The position numbers and the translations under genes are program-made. Of a stretch of 58,933 nt of DNA, positions 55,232 to 58,933 are shown one piece after another. The number at the start of each line of letters is the position of its first letter. Position 1 is the stretch's first letter. Origin of the DNA: Streptosporangiaceae bacterium (GTDB taxonomy: Bacteria > Actinomycetota > Actinomycetes > Streptosporangiales > Streptosporangiaceae); NCBI GenBank assembly GCA_035570295.1, contig DATMMA010000109.1, positions 1 to 58,933 on the forward strand, written 5' to 3'. A model generated the notes under the pieces. That model was not told the DNA's origin. It made no database searches and worked only from the letters and a program-made list of their open reading frames with translations.

Positions 55232-55312
55232 CTTGTTCTTACTCGGCATGTTCTTGCTCGGGATGTCATTGCTCGGGATGTCATTGCTCGCGATGTCATT
55301 GCTCGCGATGAC
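55232..55312. repeat. 15-bp head-to-tail tandem repeat array (about 5.3 units), starting 9 nt upstream of the 204-aa gene start codon
   Basis: Units on the plus strand: CTTGTTCTTACTCGG, CATGTTCTTGCTCGG, GATGTCATTGCTCGG, GATGTCATTGCTCGC, GATGTCATTGCTCGC, then partial GATGACAAG. The units become more degenerate toward the gene start. Confidence 0.9.
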
Positions 55313-55322
55313 AAGTCCGTGT

Positions 55323-55370
55323 CCGGCTGACGGCGCCCGTCGCCTGTCGCGGGCGGACGCCGTCAGCCGG
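55323..55370 (-). terminator. Strong hairpin downstream of the PstS-like gene (terminator/attenuator candidate)
   Basis: CCGGCTGACGGCG (55323-55335) and CGCCGTCAGCCGG (55358-55370) form a perfect 13-bp stem around a GC-rich 22-nt insert. It lies 64 nt after the stop at 55434. Confidence 0.55.
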
Positions 55371-55433
55371 AGGCCGGCCGGCCCTCAGGTCGGCTCTCAG
55401 CTGGTCGTCAGCCGGCCTATCGGTAACAAAGGG

Positions 55434-56594
55434 TCAGGAGCCGAAGCCGCAAAGCTTCGTGGTGAGGAAGCCGTAATTGACGATGGCCTGCTGCGCTTCC
55501 TTGTTCGCGCAGAACCAGCCCTTGACCTTCGAGGTCGCCGATGCGAAGAACGGCTCGAGCCGGTTCGGGATGTGATCGCCGTTGGTGGACTTGGTGGCAT
55601 ACCAGACAAGGTCGTACAGCGGCCGCAGGAACGTCTCGCCCAGCTTCGTGTTGATCTTGGTCTTGGTGCCGGTGCCGACGGTGGCTTGCTGGATGCCGCC
55701 AGTTCCGAGGTTCAGCGCGCCGAGCTTCAGGGTTCCGTGCTCGTCACAGCCAAACGCGTTCTGGCTCTTGGTCGGCTTCCTGCCGCACTTGGCGTCGTGG
55801 TGGACCTGCGCGATGTACTTGCCCACCGAGTAGGGCGCGATGACCTCAGGAGCGGTCGTCGCATTCGTGAACACCGAGGCGGTGCCCTCGTTCTGCTGCA
55901 CGACGGTCGCGCAGGTCGGGAACGAGGAAATGCCCAGCGCCTTGAGCCAGAACTTGGTCACTCCGGTAGTGGACGCCGGCAGCGCGACGACGATCGGAGC
56001 ATCGGCGCCGCCGACGTCGCTCCATTTCGCGTCGGTGCAACTGAAGATGTCGTGCAGTTGCGACGGCGTCAGGTTCGCCGGCGCGTCCGTGGTGGAGTTG
56101 ACCGCGTAAGTCTCCGCGTCCTCGGCCAGGCGCACGTACAGGTCACCGTTCGGGGTCTTGTTCAGCGGGTCGCTCGAGCGGTAGCTAGCCTCGCGGGCGA
56201 AGTCGATGCAGTCATAGCCACGCGTCTTGACGTTCGCCTCGAAGGCGGTCAGGCCGAGTCCCGAGCCATCTGGCCGTGCCACAGACTTGCAACCTTGCTT
56301 AGTCACGATCGTGCTGGTCAGGTTGTTCGGGTTCTTCGGCGGCACCGCGTCCCAGCTGTAGATCCACGGGTGACTCTTGTTGTGCACTTTCTTGTGCGCC
56401 GCGTCGTAGTCAGCCGCCAGCTGATCGACCAAGAAGTCGTCGGTGTCGGAGCCCACGCCGACGACGTCATAGTTCCGCGGCACGATGGTTTTGCCATGGC
56501 TGGTGGGCGGGTCGGCCAGGGCCGGCGCCGCCGCCAGCGCGGTCACGGTGACCGATGCGGCGGCGATGGCAACCAGGCTCATGAGCTTGCGCAC
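55434..56594 (-). CDS. PBP-like-2 (PstS-family) substrate-binding protein, divergent, at the canonical pstS position
   Basis: Signal peptide VRKLMSLVAIAAASVTVTALAAAPALA, VGVGSDT, RPDGSGLG, and LTPSQLHDIFSCTDAKWSDVGG are typical of PBP_like_2 proteins. The GTG at 56594 lies 4 nt after AGGAGGA, and an ATG at 56582 is an alternative. Several Cys pairs. Confidence 0.75.
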   Translation of the reverse strand: MRKLMSLVAIAAASVTVTALAAAPALADPPTSHGKTIVPRNYDVVGVGSDTDDFLVDQLAADYDAAHKKVHNKSHPWIYSWDAVPPKNPNNLTSTIVTKQGCKSVARPDGSGLGLTAFEANVKTRGYDCIDFAREASYRSSDPLNKTPNGDLYVRLAEDAETYAVNSTTDAPANLTPSQLHDIFSCTDAKWSDVGGADAPIVVALPASTTGVTKFWLKALGISSFPTCATVVQQNEGTASVFTNATTAPEVIAPYSVGKYIAQVHHDAKCGRKPTKSQNAFGCDEHGTLKLGALNLGTGGIQQATVGTGTKTKINTKLGETFLRPLYDLVWYATKSTNGDHIPNRLEPFFASATSKVKGWFCANKEAQQAIVNYGFLTTKLCGFGS

Positions 56595-56649
56595 ACGTCC
56601 TCCTGCGCTTAGTCGAAGCCTGCCGGCGGGACTGAACACCGCAGGCTGG

Positions 56650-56750
56650 ACTCCTTGGATAGGTGCCCTATTCCTATCGGACTAGTCGGGTAGCGCCAAG
56701 GTGTATTCGGTGAATTTTCTATAACGACGATAGGAAAGGTTGCATATCCC
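56650..56750 (-). promoter_or_regulatory. Upstream control region of the pst locus, with nested inverted repeats and an AT-rich patch
   Basis: GGATAGG-TGC-CCTATTCC (56657-56674). TTCCTATCG (56671-56679) pairs with CGATAGGAA (56728-56736). AT-rich GGTGAATTTTCTATAACGACGATAGGAAAGG. On the minus strand there is a single weak PHO-box-like ATTCACC (56709-56715). Confidence 0.35.
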
Positions 56751-56831
56751 AGGGCGGTGCGGGAACGCGCGCTTGTGCCCGCCGATGTCCTATGTAGCTG
56801 CGCGCGTGCGCTCCGTGACATATTCGTCGGT

Positions 56832-57665
56832 TTAGTCCCCGGAGGCTCCACTCCCGCACTCATCTTCTGGCTGATCGTCAACGAGATGCCGGAGGAACGA
56901 CTGCGGCTCGCCGAGAAACTGACGCCAGCTGGCGACCAGTTCGAGCTCGTCCCAGCGGGCCGGCCGGAACCCCCAGCTGCCGAGCTCCAGGATCCGCGCA
57001 CCGGGAACGGCCGCGACGACCGGCGAGTGCGTCGCCACGATCACCTGGGCGCCTGCCCTGCCCAGGTCATGCAGCAACGCAACAAGCCCGAGGCTGGACA
57101 CGAACGACAACGGCGCATCCGGTTCGTCCATCAGGTAAAAGCCGGGCTGGTTGATCCTGGTGCGCAGCATCTCCAGAAACCCCTCGCCATGGCTGAGTTC
57201 GTGGAACCGCTCAGGCCGGCGCCCCCGATTCTCCTCCAGGTAGGTGTAGAGCCCATGCATGGTGTCCGCTCGCAGAAAATAACCCCACGCCGGATAAGCC
57301 GGTCCGCGCTCAGCCCACAGATGTGCGCCGACTCCGGGCTCGCTGGCACGGGTCTGGAAACTGCTCTTAGCCGATCCGCCCTGCGGGTTGAGGCCGCAGG
57401 CCTCAGCGATCAGCTCGACGACCGCCGACTTGCCCACGCCGTTCTCCCCGGTCAGCACGGTCACCCCGGCGGGCAGATCCAAGCCGTCGGCCAGGATCTG
57501 CGCCACTGCGGGCACCGTGGCGGGCCAGCGTGACGGGTCGACCTCGCTCCCCCCGTAGCGATGAACACGGCGGAACACCCGCCGGTCAGGCGGCTGGTTT
57601 GGACTCCCGCGGCTCTCCACCAACCGATAATGCGCCCTGGCCCCGGCCCGGGCTTCCGTGATCAC
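56832..57665 (-). CDS. AAA/ABC-like ATPase (COG3910-type predicted ATPase)
   Basis: Walker A GENGVGKSAV, Walker B FYLMDEPDAPLS, and ATHSP (H-loop). The true start is probably downstream of the GTG at 57665, because family members begin near the ...WPATVPAV region. Confidence 0.75.
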   Translation of the reverse strand: MITEARAGARAHYRLVESRGSPNQPPDRRVFRRVHRYGGSEVDPSRWPATVPAVAQILADGLDLPAGVTVLTGENGVGKSAVVELIAEACGLNPQGGSAKSSFQTRASEPGVGAHLWAERGPAYPAWGYFLRADTMHGLYTYLEENRGRRPERFHELSHGEGFLEMLRTRINQPGFYLMDEPDAPLSFVSSLGLVALLHDLGRAGAQVIVATHSPVVAAVPGARILELGSWGFRPARWDELELVASWRQFLGEPQSFLRHLVDDQPEDECGSGASGD

Positions 57666-57710
57666 GAAGACTTGTCCGTGCCATAACCCTGGTAAATCTT
57701 CGTGATCACG
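57657..57710. promoter_or_regulatory. Two identical 10-bp palindromes (CGTGATCACG) within a 14-bp perfect inverted repeat
   Basis: CGTGATCACGAAGA (57657-57670) and TCTTCGTGATCACG (57697-57710), with a 26-nt spacer. It lies between the amine oxidase stop and the ATPase gene. It could be a hairpin terminator or a pair of operator sites. Confidence 0.5.
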
Positions 57711-57727
57711 ACGAACTGAGGCCTTAA

Positions 57728-58933
57728 TCAGCAGTGCCCGCCCGGCGACGGCACATCAAGCGTCGGATTGCGCCCGAAGAACCCGGTGGGCTTGAGGGTG
57801 AAGCCGCATCGGGCGACTGGCATGACTGGCCACTCCTCCGGCCGCGGGAAGTGCGTCGGACCGAACGTGTGCCACAGCACGATATCGGCGCCGTCGATGT
57901 CACGGTCACCCGCGATGAAGGCAGGCAGCCCGGCACCGCCCGGGTGCTGGTTCACGAAGTCGCCCGCCGGATACCGCTGCGCCGGGTCGTACTGCGTGAC
58001 CCACAGGTGATTCGTCGCAAAGCCCGCCCGGCGAGCCACCGACGACGCCGGGTCGGCGAGCAGCGCCGGCGCTGCCTCGGGCCACAAGGTATAGCCGACT
58101 GGCCGGCCGAACCTGTTGACCTGCTCGGTGCTGACTACCCGCCAGGTCCGGCCGCGGGAGGCATCGGCCCGCCGCGTTGCCTCCGACTCAGTGCGCAGCC
58201 TGGTGACATGCTGCGCGATGGCGTTGCCGTAGGGGTTATCCGGCCCCACCGGCACGCCGCTGTAGTCGATCTCGTCAACCGCGTTCGCCAGCCCGTCCAC
58301 GGTCATGTCCAGCCGCGCGCTGAACAAGTGCTGGTGCACCGGTGCGCCGAGCCCGGGCGCCACTTCGGCGGAGTACGGGTAGTCACCTCCCGGATAGCCC
58401 GCGGTGAACAGCGTCCCGGTCAGTTTGATCTCGCACTCGATCGTGCCGTCAAGGTAGAAGTACCAGTAGAAGCCGTAGTCGTAATTGCCGACCGTGGTGA
58501 AGAACGAGACCACCAGGCGCCGCTGGCGCCGCGACTGGCTCGAGCCGTTGAAAATGTCGAAATGCTTCCACAAGATCCCGTGATCCTCTTCGTGGATGCA
58601 GATCGCGTTGCGGATCACCTTGGGCTCGCCGAAGTCATCCGCGACCGTCGCGTCAAGGTAGGCGATCTCGCCCAGGCAGTCACAGCCGAGCTCGAGCGAG
58701 TTCACCCACTTCCCGACCAGGTACTCCCCGGTGTCGAAGTACGTCTGCCAGTACCGGAACGCCGGGTCGCCGTACGGCACGACCATCTCCGGCACCGAGG
58801 CCCGGTAGATCACTGGTCGTTCCCGCCCGTCCTCGGTGATGCTGATCTGGTGCAGCGTCAGCCCTTCGCGGGCGTCGAAGCCGATCCGCATCGACCAGTT
58901 CTGCCAGGTCAGCTTCATCCCGTCCAGGGAGAA
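57728..58933 (-). CDS. Copper-containing primary amine oxidase (TPQ enzyme), C-terminal catalytic domain; 5' end outside the window
   Basis: [18 protein letters not shown] (TPQ precursor NYDY), Cu ligands HQHLF and [20 protein letters not shown]. The frame is open to the window edge. Confidence 0.9.
   Translation of the reverse strand, partial: FSLDGMKLTWQNWSMRIGFDAREGLTLHQISITEDGRERPVIYRASVPEMVVPYGDPAFRYWQTYFDTGEYLVGKWVNSLELGCDCLGEIAYLDATVADDFGEPKVIRNAICIHEEDHGILWKHFDIFNGSSQSRRQRRLVVSFFTTVGNYDYGFYWYFYLDGTIECEIKLTGTLFTAGYPGGDYPYSAEVAPGLGAPVHQHLFSARLDMTVDGLANAVDEIDYSGVPVGPDNPYGNAIAQHVTRLRTESEATRRADASRGRTWRVVSTEQVNRFGRPVGYTLWPEAAPALLADPASSVARRAGFATNHLWVTQYDPAQRYPAGDFVNQHPGGAGLPAFIAGDRDIDGADIVLWHTFGPTHFPRPEEWPVMPVARCGFTLKPTGFFGRNPTLDVPSPGGHC

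Noticed and set aside
55232-55312. The 15-bp tandem array as a possible CRISPR
   Set aside because: The units are contiguous with no spacers, they are far shorter than CRISPR repeats, and there are no cas genes in the window.
55224-56612. A 462-aa plus-strand ORF starting in the 15-bp repeat (MDSLFLLGMFLLGMSLLGMSLLAMSLL...)
   Set aside because: It is antisense to the PstS-like gene, which has a signal peptide and PBP motifs. Its repetitive N-terminus is just a translation of the tandem repeat, and the rest is Arg/Val/Gly-rich shadow.
56695-56720. A PHO box (PhoP direct-repeat operator) upstream of the PstS-like gene
   Set aside because: There is only one weak ATTCACC heptamer, without a second in-phase 11-nt unit. 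That is not enough to call a PhoP site by eye, so I mention it only as something to test.

Overview
This is a high-GC (about 70%) actinobacterial chromosomal segment, and almost all of it is coding. Because it has mreBCD, it is not from a mycolata-type lineage. The left two thirds are conserved core synteny. They run from an aromatic-catabolism fragment (two 2-keto-4-pentenoate hydratase paralogues, a Rieske protein, an MBL-Rieske fusion) through rodA-mrdA-mreD-mreC-mreB, DUF4233-folC-valS, a MarR + ABC-2 exporter insert, clpX-clpP2-clpP1-tig, an orphan LAL/LuxR regulator, and an FGE. After these come a K+ channel, gntK/zwf, DUF202 x2, PrsW, a four-gene translationally coupled operon (phosphodiester glycosidase-ubiA-dprE1-dprE2, for decaprenyl-phospho-arabinose synthesis), a two-component system, a ClC channel and a SigJ-like ECF sigma factor. 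The most unusual region is the phosphate transporter locus at 46.5-56.6 kb on the minus strand. Instead of pstSCAB, the order is: divergent PstS-like gene, hairpin, 15-bp tandem repeat array, 204-aa secreted unknown, hairpin, pstC, pstA, a 791-aa secreted degenerate PstS-fold protein, a 530-aa canonical-looking PstS with a C-terminal TM anchor, a sortase homologue lacking all three catalytic residues, then pstB. The three inserted genes are joined to pstA and to each other by overlapping stop/start codons. Other oddities are an MreD with a roughly 360-aa Arg/Gly-rich tail, a 19-bp perfect inverted repeat bracketing the MarR-ABC insert, and a 186-bp tandem repeat in the glycosidase. I found no rRNA, tRNA, CRISPR, transposase or integrase. 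All homology calls are by-eye motif recognition, with no database searches.
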